Shown piece after piece: positions 37,088 to 50,378 of a DNA stretch of 64,000 nt. Source of the DNA: Geosiphon pyriformis uo1 (Eukaryota; Fungi; Glomeromycota). A program made the translations under genes and the position numbers. Each line of letters opens with the position of its first letter. Positions within the stretch are counted from its first letter, which is position 1. The notes under the pieces are model-generated. The model saw nothing but the letters and a program-made list of their open reading frames with translations. It did not search any database and had not been told where the DNA came from. Location: NCBI GenBank assembly GCA_016748015.1, contig JAAOMT010000572.1:186001-250000 (forward strand). The letters are read 5' to 3'.

Positions 37088-40000
37088 TGGAGCTGTTTTG
37101 GAAAATTGCAACATGCAATGCTTGTGGTATCAATGTCTTTGCCAAACAGAAAGATGTTGTTCATTGGCACATTAATTCTGGGAATATGGTTTCTATTGTT
37201 ATGGAAATGAAGTTGAGGTCTAATGTTAAGCTTTGGATTATGAACAAGTTCGATGGAATAAGAATATTTTCTTCTGGCTTGGACAATGAGTTTTTTGGTG
37301 CTGGAGTGATGATTATTGTGAACAATTCTCTTGCTCATCATGTTTCTAAGATTGAGGAGGTACTTGGTCGTCTTTTCTCCATTCGGCTTCTTTTTAAGAG
37401 CAAGTTGTCAGTTGTGATTTTGGGCCTGTATGCAGGTGCTTCTGCTGAAACTAGATTTGGCCAAGCTTGTGAAATTAACTCTTTTATTGCCAAGGCTGCT
37501 AATTCTTCCACATTTATGGTTCTGGGTGGTGACTTCAATGAGGATGGATCTAGAAAGAGTGCTAGTTTTAAGTTTTGCTCAGATTTGGGGTTAATCAACT
37601 TCTTTGGCAAACATTCTCTGGTTAAAGCTTCTACTTGGGGCAATTCTTAGAGTGTCGTGAAGGTTATCGACTACATTTTTGTAAGCAAGAGTTTGTTATC
37701 TGCTTTGGCTGGTCATAAAGTCACTTCTGTCTCTGATTTCTTTAACACTAATCATAATGCTGTTCTGGTTTTTGTTGGTTTAGGTGGTCTCTTGAATTCC
37801 TATCTCAATAGTGAGCATAAACAGGCCAATAAGGATAAGTGGAAATTCAAGATCAAGAATGTGGATGCTAATAAGTGGTCACACTTTAGGGAATGGTTTT
37901 TAGACAAGTTCTTAGAAAACATAGTTTCATTTAATGATGTGAAAGTTAATAGAAATTTGGATGCCATATGGATGGATCCTTAAAAATATGGTCTTTTACT
38001 TAACAGATAAAATGTTTTCTAGACATTGGTTTAGTGAGTTTAATTGTTTGAAAAATAAGCTGTTTTCGAAGTTTTTCAAGTTGGAATTGTTGGTGGTCAA
38101 GTTGGTGAAATGTTTGAGCTTGGGTCAGGAATCAGATGCTGTTCGCTTCTTTAAGGTGTGGTCTAATCTTGATAATAAGGGGGCCTTCAAAGCGTGCACA
38201 ATGTTTGATGATAATGAGAGCAAAGTAAGCATTCTTCAACACCTATCAAGAGTCAAAAAATTGTACTGAAAGTCTAAATACTATGAGTCTAAGATGGCCA
38301 GAGATATTTCAATCAGAAGAGCAATAAACAAACAAATAAAAAACTTTAGCTCCAATAAGGAACTTATAATCAAGAGTGTTTTGGATTGGCCATTCAAAAA
38401 AGTTGTACTAGACCATCTAATATTGGACAATGAGTTAATTTTGGAGTCTAAGGAGGTCAAATCTGCTGTTAATGACATCATAGAAAGATGGACGAGGAAA
38501 CAGGTTGCTCCCATCTCTCTGCCTGTTTATTGGTCTAATTAATATGCCTTCTTGGACCATGTTAGTGATGATGCATTCTTAAAGATCATGAATATAATTA
38601 AATCGAATGAGTGTCTCTTAGTGGTCAAAGAACTGTCTAATAGAAAAGCTGCTGGCATGTCTGATATTCTTAATGAGCTTTGGAAGCATGAAGATGCTTA
38701 GATTCTGGATGGTCTGCTTGACATTCTTAATGTGTGCTTAAAGTTAAGGGCAGTTTTTTCACAGTAAAGGCAAGCCTGAGTTTCCATAATACCAAAGTCC
38801 TATAATTGGAAAGGAACACTTACCAATACCAGACCAATAGCTTTGATTGAGACAACCAGGAAGATACTGTTTAAGGTTCTGTCTGACAGAATATCTCTGG
38901 CTTGTAGTGTTTCTGATGTTCTTTGTGGAGACAATTTTTCAGTTTTAAAGGGTACATCTACTCAAACTCCTATCTTCACTATTGATTCTATCATTAAAAA
39001 TGCACTTAAGAAGAACAGGGAGCTGTGGCTGGTGCTTCAGGATATACAGAAAGCTTATGACTCAGTCGAGTGGCCCCATCTGTGGAATAGTCTAACTAGG
39101 ATCAAAATGTGCCCCCATTTTATTGACTTTTTAGAAATATACACAATAATCAGACCAATTAGGTAATGACAGACTTTGGTCTAACTGATGAATATGTTGT
39201 TTATGATGGGTTGGATCAAGAGGAAGTTTTTTCACTATTGTTGTGAAGGATCTTTTATGACCCTCTGCTTTGTGAGGTCAAAAAGCATGAACAATTGTGC
39301 AGCTATAAGTTGAATTCTAAATTTTTTACCAGAACTGGTAGAGCTGACCCTAAGGGTAGCAGAACCTTCTTTTTTGCAGCTGGTGCCTTTGTGGATAACA
39401 CTATTTGGGTTGGGAATTGTCTGGTGGCCACACAATGCATTTTGAACATTGTGAGTGAATTTTTTTTAATTAATGATATTGCTATCAACACAAACAAGAC
39501 AGTTGTCATTCTTATTAATCAAAGGGCCAGAGAGGTTTTTTTGTCAATCAGTGGCTCTAAAATTTCTATTGCCAAGAAAGATATGTCTTACTGATACTTG
39601 GGAATTTTTTTTTCTACAGATGGCCTATCTAAGCCAAGTTTGGCCAAAGCCTATTCGGATATCAGGTTCTTTTCAAATATAGTGTTAAGGAAGGTTGTTA
39701 CTGAGAAGCAATTTTTGTATTTGGTCTCTGCTGTTCTGCAGCTTATAATTGGTTACAGGCTACAGTTTAGTTGTATCTCTAAGAGTGTTTGTAAAAAATG
39801 AGACAAAATGTTGAGGAAGGGGTTAAAACTCAAGGCCAATCTACCCAAGGATTTTCCAAATGAGGCTTTGTATCATCTGGAATTATATGGTTTAAGAACT
39901 TTTAAACAGATGTTGGCTGAAAATATATTGGCTGGCTTGGTTGTGTTCACGAATGCTGGTAGAATTTTTGGTAAACTATTCGAGCATAGAGCCATGGAAT

Positions 40001-41772
40001 TACAAGCCACTAACTGAATGCTCCAGCACTCTCTAAAAGTTCCGATCAATTTGCTGATTGATCCCACAAATTGTTTTTTGGCTGGTGTAACATGTGTTCT
40101 CAAGTTGTGTAATCTCTCATTGGGTGGTGATCTGCCTGATGTTTTTCAGGCCAAGAATAGTATTGCAGTTTTGGATGTGCTTGGTTTAGAGTCTTATTTG
40201 TGTGTGGCAAAGTTTCTTAGGAAGTATGGCATAGTGTTTGTTCATCAGCTTTTGGACTGCCAAGGTGCTTGTTTTGAGTAGAACACTTTTCGCAGATAGA
40301 AGAAGCTGGACCCTAGAGGCCTGGGTTCTGTCTGGTTTGTCTTGTTAGTTGAATTTATCAAAGGAAGCAATTTGTCAAATTGTGTGGCATTGTCTTATTG
40401 TTCAGCTCTTGCTGACTCTTCTTGTGACTTCAGTTATGTTAATGAGCATTTGCTGAATTCTGATTTGAGTTCTGTGACCGTTTATACAGATGGTTCCATC
40501 AAAGATTTGGGTTCATTGGATGCTTGTGGTGGTGCTGCCGCTTACTTTCTGGATGCAAACGTTAGTATTGGGGTCAAGGTAGATGGGTTGTTGTTCTCAA
40601 CTCTAGTGAAACTGCAAGTCATTGCACTTGTTTTAGAGTGTGCACCTGTTTTTCAGTCTGTTAATTTGTTTATTGACAGTCAGACTTCACTGGACTTGTA
40701 CAAATCTAATGGTGGTGTGTTTAGTCCTGATTTTTGTGACAAATACTGGATTGGGAAGGAACATATTCACCATGTTATCTCTAAAAAAGGCTTGTCAGTT
40801 ACTTGGAACAAAGTCAAGAGTCATTTTGGTGTTGTTGGAAACAAATGTGCTGATTTTTATGCTAATGCCGCTGTTGTTTCTAAGTTCTTTCTGCCTCTTG
40901 TGGTTCCTTATTACTTTCTCAAAGTTGAAGACAGACCTGTCTCCAGAAATGCTTGTCATGTTGCCAAAAAATTGTTTAATGCTGTTCACTCTGTTGGTTG
41001 GGAAGCCAAATGTGTTGGTAGCTTTGTTAGTGTGGGTTTTTGTGACTATTTTGATAAGGCCAAAACCTTTTGTGTTTGGCATCCTGATGGCAAGATCAAA
41101 TCTGGCTACACCAGTAGTGCGTCAGTGATACTTTGGTTATATCTCATAAAGGCACTCTACCACCATTTACTAGTGACCAAAAAGAAAAGATTGTACAATC
41201 CAAGATATCCAAGTATTGTCTGCATTTGGTGTGAGTTGGTGAAAGACTCTGATCACGTGTTTTTCTGCACTTATAATGCCAATGTTCGGAAAACTTTGTT
41301 GTCTGATACTTCTATGGAGTGGAATGTGGTACTGGGAATTTTTGCTGATAGAAATACGATTGCTAATTCGCTACATAAGGCTGGATCTTCCATCAATCTA
41401 TTTACAGTGCTGGTTAAAGATTTTGTGTTGAAAGACTGGGTGGCTGACATGGTAAGCCATTTGGGTGCTGGTTTTGGTAGAAGTACATTGATTGTCAATT
41501 TTGTTTGTCATTTTGCTAAGAATCACAGGTCAGCCATTTGGATACCAATGGCTAAGTTGAGATCTTATTATGAAAAGCATAACCTTCTGCTATAAGACGG
41601 CTTTTCCTTTTCTTTGGTGTCTAGTCTGTTTTTTTTGTGGTCTGCTGGGTCAATCTGAGATTTCGGTTTCAAGTTGGGTGTTTACATGTGCTTCAGGTTG
41701 CACCTGTGCCTTACAAAATCGGACTTTGGTTTCTTAAGTGGTTTTCCTGTAGCAGAAATTCTGGATGCGTAG
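37087..41772 (+). pseudogene. LINE ORF2: APE endonuclease, RT, RNase H, CCHC zinc finger
   Basis: IATCNACGI, VLGGDFN, IDYIF, RPIALIE, QDIQKAYDSV, GLDQEEVFS, AFVDNT, VYTDGS, KVKSHFGVVGNKCAD, CIWC..DHVFFC. Confidence 0.95.
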
Positions 41773-42326
41773 TGCTGCCTTGGTTGGCCTGAGTGGCTAG
41801 TCACGTGTAGAAAAAACATGTGCCATGCTTAATTTAGATTCTGTGTATTCTATGTACTTAGGTAGTGGTTGGGCTGCACTCATAAAATCTTTAATAAAAA
41901 AAAAAAGAATAATTGTTTAAGTTTATTATTGTGTTTAATTAAAACAATTATACTAATAATTATGTTGATTTAATAAAAGTAGTTATACTATTAATTAGTA
42001 ATAAATTTAAAAAAAATGTTAATATTTTATGGTTAACTTTTTTATAGTATTGTATATTATAGTTAAATTTATTAAGTTAGAATATTTAATAAGTTAATTA
42101 TTTATGTTTCAATTTTTTTTGTTGTATAGTTAAACCAAGGCTTAATAATTTGTTATTACTAAAAATTTGGCACCAAAAAGATATTTATCTCAATAGCTAG
42201 TAGTTTAAATTATTGTTAAATATTTTTGTTTAATAATTGAATAGTTTTATTTTGCTAAAAAAAGTGTTTTAATGACATATATTATTATATATTCTTTGAT
42301 ATTATTGTTTTTTTAAGAAAAAACAA

Positions 42327-43261
42327 TATTATTAGTAGAAATTTAAAATATTATTTAGCATGAAATTATTCTTATAATTTTAATAATAATTAATATATAT
42401 TATTAATTCAATTTATCACCTATTATTTTATTAAATTGTTTAAATTACTATTTAATTAATAAACTGATTTATATAATACACAAATTGTAATGATTAAATT
42501 ACACAATATTTCGAATTATATAACATTTAAGAATTTGCTAAAATTTATAAAAATTCATTAAAATAATTAATAGTTTACTAAAATACTTAATAGTTTATAG
42601 AAATAACTTGTAGTTTGCCAAAATATATTTTTAATTTAGTAAAATAATAGCAAAAAAAAGTGTAAATTTATAAACTAGTATTACAATAAGTTATATAAAA
42701 GAAAACTTTTTTTTTAAAAAAATATTTAGCTAGAATTTATCTTTATTTAAAATATTTTTTTTAGTATTAATATAAATTATTTCAATAAAAACTATATTAA
42801 AAACAACAAATTTATAATTATTTTGCTTAAAATATCTTAAATTTTAACTAATATTTTAAAATTAATTATTATTAATTTTAGTAATTTGTTAATAACTTTA
42901 AACTTAGACAAAAAACAATTTCTTAACAAAAAAATTTTTCTTCTATATTTTTTATATTTTATTTTTATTTTAAAAAAAATACATTAAAATAGCCTACAGA
43001 CAAAATTTCTGTAAAAGAATTAACTTTTATAGCAAAATAACCATATATTTTTAGTAAGTTTCTAAACAAATACTTTTTAAAAAAGAATTGACTTTTACTA
43101 CAAAGTAATTATATTAGTAATTAGTATAAAATTGGCTATTTTATTTATAAATCTAACAATTTAAATTATAGGAGATAATTTAAAAATAAATTCAATTATT
43201 AAAAATTAACAGCAAAGCAACAACAATATTTAAGAAAAAAGACCAAAAATTTTTAGTAACA
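42327..43261 (+). repeat. Isolated LTR of the element E family
   Basis: Reverse complement of 47250-47689, 51745-52055 and 63920-64000. It ends GTAACA. Confidence 0.7.
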
Positions 43262-44399
43262 ATATATAAATAATGTTTATTTTATATTACATAAAATATA
43301 CTAAAATCTAACTATTAATACAAAACAAAAAAAAAATTGGTTTTTTTAAACTTGTAAATAATAACAGTTTTTGTTTTTTTTGAAAAATATTTGTACTTTA
43401 TTTTAGGTGAAACATTGTATTCAACTATGTTATAAAAAGTACTTTACTAAAAAAAATTGAATTAAAAAAAAATTGAAATATATTTTATTAATATGTATTT
43501 TATAATTAGAATATGTATTTTTCATAAGATTCAATTTTAAATACAAATTTGTGAACTGGCTTTGTTCAGTAAAAAACTTTAGAATTGGTTGAACAGATAA
43601 ATTTAATTAAGTTTTAATTCTTGTTTTAGACTAATTAGATAATAAGTTATATATATATTTAAATATAAAAAAGTTATTTATATAATATATAATATATATT
43701 TTATTACAATTATTATTAAATTTATTATTATTGTTATTAAATTCATTTGAAACTAGATTTGTTTTGGTTTTTAAAATTTTGTTTTCTTTTTTTAGTTGAA
43801 TAATATATGATAAAATTTTTATTATAAGTTTTTTATTTTTAAAAATTGATTAATTTAGAACTAATTTTAACTTGTATATTATATCAAAATTTAAGAAAAG
43901 TAAATAAAGAAAACAAATAATGATAAAAAAAAGAAATGATAGTAAAGAATATAAATAATAATGAAAAAAACAAAAAAATAATAATAAAGAAAATAACATT
44001 AATAATAAAATTATTCAAATTATAATAAAGTTATTACTTTTTTTTACATAAATATAATAATAAAATTATCTATTTAAATTATTACTATTTACATAAACAA
44101 TAAAATTATTATCATTTTTATATAACATAAATTATAAAATAATCTAAATTATATTCTTTTATTTTATTGAATTTAAGACTTAAATATCAATCTGAATTGT
44201 TTAAAATAAAACCAAAAAAATTTTTTGTGTTTGTACACAATATTGAAAAAACAATATAAAAAATCTTAAATTATTAATTACAAAATTTACAAAAATTAAA
44301 TATTACAAAAAAGAATATAAACAAAACAATTCAGATTTGAAAAGTTATTTAAGTTTGAGTATTTCTGATATTAAAAAAAATTCAAACAATAATTTTGAA

Positions 44400-47008
44400 T
44401 TTTAATTATTGAGTATGTCTATATAAAGCAAATAATTTTTTATTTAATAATTATAAATAATAAAAAAAACAGTTTAAATATTTTGGTTAAAGAAATATTT
44501 TCTATGCTAATTAAAAATATATATGTTTTAAGATTAAAATAATTTTTTTATAACTGTTTTGGTGTTTTATTGTTAGTTATTTTAGGTATTATAATAATTA
44601 ATAACTAATTGGCTTTTTTGTAATACTTTTTAATTTGTGTATTATAAATAAGTTGATTATTAAATATTGTTTTATTTTGGTTTTGTAATATATAAAATCT
44701 GTTGTTTAAAACTTTGTTGATTATAAATAGTCTTTTTTATTAACTTGAAAATTTGTTACCAAAAATATTGTTTCAGTTTAATTTGTATTTAAAAACCAAA
44801 TCACTTATACTTAAAGAAAGTGTTTTATAAATTTTTTTTCTTAAGTTTTTCTTGAAAAGTTTTTATCTTTTTATAAACAATTATTTATGTTTCTACTAAA
44901 ATGTTAAAAATTGTTTTAAGTCTTTATTGTAAAATGTTTTTATAGTTAAATTCAGTTATTTTTTTAAAGAATATTGTTTTAATATCTGTTTTAATAAGTA
45001 ATATTACTATATTTTTATAGAATAAGTAAAAGAATTTATAACCAGTTATGTTATAATTTACTGTTTTATAAGTAAAAAAAACTGAAAATAAAATCTTGTT
45101 TTATAGATTGGTTTCTTTATTGGTTTTTGCTAGAGTTTTATAAAATGCTTAATTAAAATATTTTACTAATCTATTAGTTTATAGAGATAAAAAAAGAGAA
45201 TTTGTAATATATTCTAAGTTTTTTTAATAGTTTTTTTATTAATAAATTAAGAAAAATTCTTTTTTTATTTAAAAGCAATTTTAAAAACATCTATATCTAC
45301 ATATGATATTTTCATAAATAAAATTTGTAATTAAAATAACTGTTTGGTTTAATATTGCTCTGGCTTCTATTTATTTTGTTAAATAATCAGTTGTTGTTAT
45401 AATATATTTATTTCTATTAAAAATTATAGTTAAAGACCCAATAATATTAATTTTAATTCTGTCAAAAAATTAACCAACAGATATAAAATAAATGTTTTTT
45501 TTTCGATTGAATTTTTCTTTTTATTGATAGGCATTATAAATTTTAATATATTTTGTTATATTTTTTTTTAATATTGATTAGTAATATTTTGCTAATATCT
45601 TTTAAATAATTTTGGTCTTCTAAAATATTTTGCTAAAGAATTAATATGTATATTATATATTACAATTTTTTTTTCTTAATTTAAATAACTTTTTGTAACC
45701 AGTTAAAATTTTTTTAATTCTTTTTATACAATTAATTTTGACAAATCAAATAAAAATTTAATTGTTTTTGCAAATGTTTATTTTGCTATTAATTATATTT
45801 CAATGGATATTGTTTTTTATCCAAAAATTTGATAAATTCTAAATAGTTTTTTAAGTTTATTTGTCAATTATTGATTTAAATAATTAATTAATAATTAATT
45901 TAATTGATTTTTACTAAATAACTAATTAATATAGAGCATTTGCATTTTGTTTATTTATTTTTTTTCAATATTTAATATCATACTCAAATTTAATTAAGTA
46001 AATAATCTAACAAGAAAACTTTTTATGATTTGGTTTTTTTTTATTTTTCAGCCAAATTAAAGCTTAATAATTAGTATATTTATTGAATTTTTTTTATAAG
46101 ATATTTATTTTAGTAATTAGTAATTATACTACTGTTAAACATTTTTTTTTGGTTATTGTGTAATTTTTTTTGTTTGTTTTAGGGTTTTATTATTATAGGC
46201 TATGACTCATTCTTTTTTTTATCTTTTTATAATAAGATAGTACTAAAAAAAATATTAAAGGCATTAATATAAAAAATAAATGACTTGTCAAAGTCGAATT
46301 GTTTTAAAATTAGTTTAATAATCAGTTTTTTTTTAAAAGTTTTAAATACTTTTTGTTGAGTACTTTAATAATAATAAACATTTTTCTTTAGAAGTTAATT
46401 AAATAGATGTGCAATTTTAAAGAAATTTTTAATGAATTTATAATAATATAAGACTAATCTTAAAAAAATTATACTTTAAAATATTTATTGATTGTTTAAG
46501 TTTTTGTACTTTTTTGATTTTAACTGAATTTAAAAAGATTTTATTTTTTGTTATAAGATATTTTAAAAACTGAGTAGTGTGTTTTTCAAAAATAATTTGA
46601 TGAAATTGATTTTAAGTTCAATATTTTTTAAAAAATTAAAAACTTTTTAAAGATATTATAAATATTTATCTTATGTTTTTGAATATACAATTATATTATT
46701 TAAATATATTAAACCAAATTCTTAATGTTTTAGTCTGAATACTTTATCTATTAATCTTTAAAATATAGATAAAGTATTTATTAATCTAAAAAACATTATT
46801 GTAAATTCATAAGTTTTATATTTTATAATAAATATGGTTTTTTTTGCTAATAAAATCTATTTTTATTTGTCAAAATTCAACAGTTAAATCAATTACAATA
46901 AGATAAGTGAAGCTTTCAAATCAATCAAGAGTATTATTAATCTTAGGAAAAAAATATATATTTTACTTGATAATTGTATTTAGTTATTAGTAATTTATAC
47001 AAAATTGT
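44400..47008 (-). mobile_element. Decayed Gypsy RT-RH-IN remnant, broken by element E
   Basis: About 46775-46817 reads TYEFTIMFFRLIN (eroded YEFTVMPFGLTN). 44800-45860 is homologous to 34140-35150. Confidence 0.65.
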
Positions 47009-50000
47009 TATTACTAAAAGTTTTTCTATCCTTTTTTGAATATTGTTAATATATTAAAAAAGTTATTTTAAATTCAGACTTAAAAGTTACTAATAATTTA
47101 TTAAAATTAGTAATTAATTAATTTCAAAATATTTTGTATAAAATAATTAATTTTGTAATAAAAATAGGTAAAAATTTTTATATTTTCAAAATAAGTTTTA
47201 TTAGAATTAATTTATATAAAAAATACTAAGAAAAATATTAGTTTTAATTAAGATAAATTCTAATTAAAATATATTTTCTCAAAAAGAAAAGCTCTTCTTT
47301 TATATAACTTGTTCTAATACTTTTTTATAATCTAATATTTTTTTTTTCTAATATTTTGACAACTAAAAATACATTTTGTTAAATTATAAGTTATTTTTGC
47401 AAACTATAAATTATTTTAGTAAACTGTTAAATATTTTATCAAATTATTAAATATTTTGGTAAATTTTAAAAGTTATATAGTTTAATATATTGCATAATCT
47501 GATCATTATAATTTAGTTTTATTTGTGTTTTGTACAAATCAAATTATTAATTGAATAATAATTTGGATAATTCAGATAATTTTATAAGATAATAAGTAAT
47601 AAATTAAAATAATAATATATGTTAATTAATGATAAAAATTATAAAAATAATTTTATATTAAATAATATTTCGAATTTTAGCTGGTAATATAACCTTTTTC
47701 TCAAGATTAACTTTATTAAAATTCAAATATTGTCTATAATTTCCAGATAATAGTTCAAAATTATTAAAAAAATTTTGTCTAAAAATTATTGAAATTTCAG
47801 TTTTGTAAGCTTTCTAATTCAATTTTGTATTTATTATTTTTAATAAATAATAATATATTAAAAACATAACATTTTAAACACTATTAATTATTACAAAACA
47901 TGATGTATTTTTTACACAATTGAATATTTATTTGTTTTAATTATTAAATTTGAGTTTTTTTTGAAGAGTAAACATAATTAAAAGTTAAGTAGTAAAGTTT
48001 AACTTTATTTTTATAATTAAATCTGGCTAATTTTATTATGTATTCAATATATTCTGTTTTTTTTATTTAATAAACATCTTTTTGAAATCTTTTATTAATA
48101 AGAATTATAGTTAATTCATAAATTATTTTAGTATTATATAAGTAATAATAGAGTTTGTTAAGTGTATTATTATATACTACTATGAATAGTGTTTTGTATT
48201 TTACTTTCTTAAAAATAAAAACCATATATTGACAGATTTAATTGCAAACTTTTTTTATTGTAATATTAATTCAGTTGTATTTTTTAAACAGTAATTCTCT
48301 ATATGTAAAACAGAATATATTGTTTTATTTTTTATTTCATTTTGGACTGTTAAATTATTTTTGGTAACAGAATTTATAATAATAGCAAATGTAAGTTTTA
48401 TATTTTTTCTCTAATAATATACAAGCTTTTATAGATAAAAACTTTTTGTTACAACTTTTGTATTTGAATAAAATATAAGGTGGTTGTTTTTTTAGTTCTA
48501 ATTTTAAATATAAAACATACCAACTATTAATTTGTTCAATTATAAAAGTAGATAGTTAACTGGTTTTTTGGGCCATAATAATATTGGTTGTAATGTAAAT
48601 GTTTTAAATAACTATTCAGTTTTTTAGTCCAATTAGACCAAAAGTTAAGTGCCATATAGATTTTAGTAATTGGTTTTTTTTTTCTTTTTTAAATTTGAAA
48701 ACCAAGACTTTTTTTAATCATTTGTTAAAAATATTACAAATAACTAATACTTTAGTATATTATTTTTGATATAAAATTTTTAATTCTTGGGTTTCTCAAT
48801 TCAAGTTTGTATTGGTTTTGAAAAGCCAATTATTTTCAACAAAAACTTAATATTAAAATACATTTATGACTAAAATCTTAATTAAATAATAATTTTATTA
48901 ATTATAAAAAAAAATTGTTGATTTTTTTACTAAAATTTTTTTTATACTATCTACTATAACAATTATATTTTGAACAAACTAATCAATAGTTCATTAAAAC
49001 TATTGTATTAACTGATAAATAATAATACTTTCAGTAAATTTATTGTTTAAAATTAAACAGATTGGTTTTTTTACTATTTTTGTTTCTGTATACATAATTG
49101 TAATTGCTTTTTGTTTATTAACAACTGTATTGTTAAGCAAGAATAATAATTTATTTGTTTTAAATTCAAATAAAAAGATATTTAATAAATTGGTATTTTT
49201 AACAATTTTTGCTAGTAAAATAATATAATATTATGTAAAAAGTTTTGTTTTAGTGCTGCAATTTTATCTTTAAAAAATGCAGTTTGTTAAAAATTCTGTT
49301 TTTTAGACATTGTTAAATAATTTGGTTGAGTGTAAAAGTGATTAAATTTTTGTTGATTTTGATTTTGGAGAACTAACTAATTATTAAGATTAGATTAATT
49401 GTTGTTTATAAAAAACTAATTTTGTAATATAAATTGATTATATTAAATAATTTTTTTAGCAGAAACTTGATACTATTACACTAATAATAGTTGCTAATAT
49501 TATGAAGATTGTTAATACTGCTGTTGTTATTAAATTAATTATAAAACTGGTTGGTAATAATTATTTTGATTTTGTAATCTAAGTAAATAATATGCTAATA
49601 GTAAAAGTAAATAATAGGATTGTTAAGATTAGGAATAACATTAATTATTTCTTAGTTGCTAATCTTTTTGTAATTTTCAGCAATCTTGTTTTTAGCATCT
49701 TGAGATTTCACAATAATAGTAGTTTTAAGATTAGTTGTTAGATAATAAAGAGTTTTTTTGTTTTTAGTATTGAGATAGTTAATATTTTTGTTAATTAACA
49801 AAATATGTTTCAACTTTTTTAATAAGTTAGTCAATTTTTCTTCAATAATTAAACTAATTTTTCTAATTACAAAGTTAACAAGCTTAATATAATTAACTTT
49901 TTTCATAGTTTTTTCATAGTTTTTAATATAGACTATAACATGTAATTAAATCTTCTTAATAAGTTTATCTTTTAGTTTAACAACAAATTGATCTAATAGT

Positions 50001-50378
50001 TAGATATCTAAGTAATAGTTATTTTTTTTCAACTGTTTAATTCTTTAAAGAAATTTGTTGAACTTTTTAAGATAAATTATAACAGATTTAGCAAATTTCT
50101 GTTTAATGTTTTAAAAGTAATTTCAAAGAATAATTAAAATTTTTTTGTTAGTAAACTGTTTAAAAAAAGCTTTAAATGCTAACTAGTCAGCAAAAAATGC
50201 TGCTAAGTTTTCAAATCATTTAGCTGTGGTTTTTTGTAAAAAGTAAAAAATTGTTTTTAGCATTTTTGTTGCATTTTATTCATTGACATTTTTGGTCTTA
50301 GTGACTTTGTCAAGCTATTTTTGAAAACTGGTTTTAAAGTTTTCTTCTAAAAATTCAGAGATTTTTGTAATATAGATA

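Larger units (their letters stand above)
35159..41905 (+). mobile_element. Full-length LINE copy 2 (ORF1; ORF2 APE-RT-RNaseH-CCHC; polyA); TSD AGAATAAT
   Basis: AGAATAAT lies at 35151-35158 and 41906-41913. There is an A-tail at 41896-41905, and the domain motifs are in order. Confidence 0.95.
33500..42300 (-). mobile_element. Decayed Gypsy pol remnant (integrase about 33500-35158, continuing 41906-42300), host of LINE copy 2
   Basis: The minus strand near 34330-34420 reads ALFIYKTVNYNIINYELFYLFYRK (eroded LFAYRT..PF.L.YGR). It is colinear with 44500-45900 across the LINE junction. Confidence 0.65.

Noticed and set aside
7624-41498. Numerous short antisense or off-frame ORFs (for example 7624-7905, 14544-14732, 37338-37643, 40640-41128)
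   Set aside because: They are shadows of TE coding frames with no independent motifs.
35213-41772. Alternative genetic code or readthrough to explain in-frame stops
   Set aside because: All three stop types occur, at Gln/Arg/Trp positions, together with frameshifts, which fits C>T decay.
41788-41813. Hammerhead ribozyme or tRNA in the LINE 3'UTR
   Set aside because: CTGAGTG does not match the CUGAnGA core, and there is no T-loop or cloverleaf.
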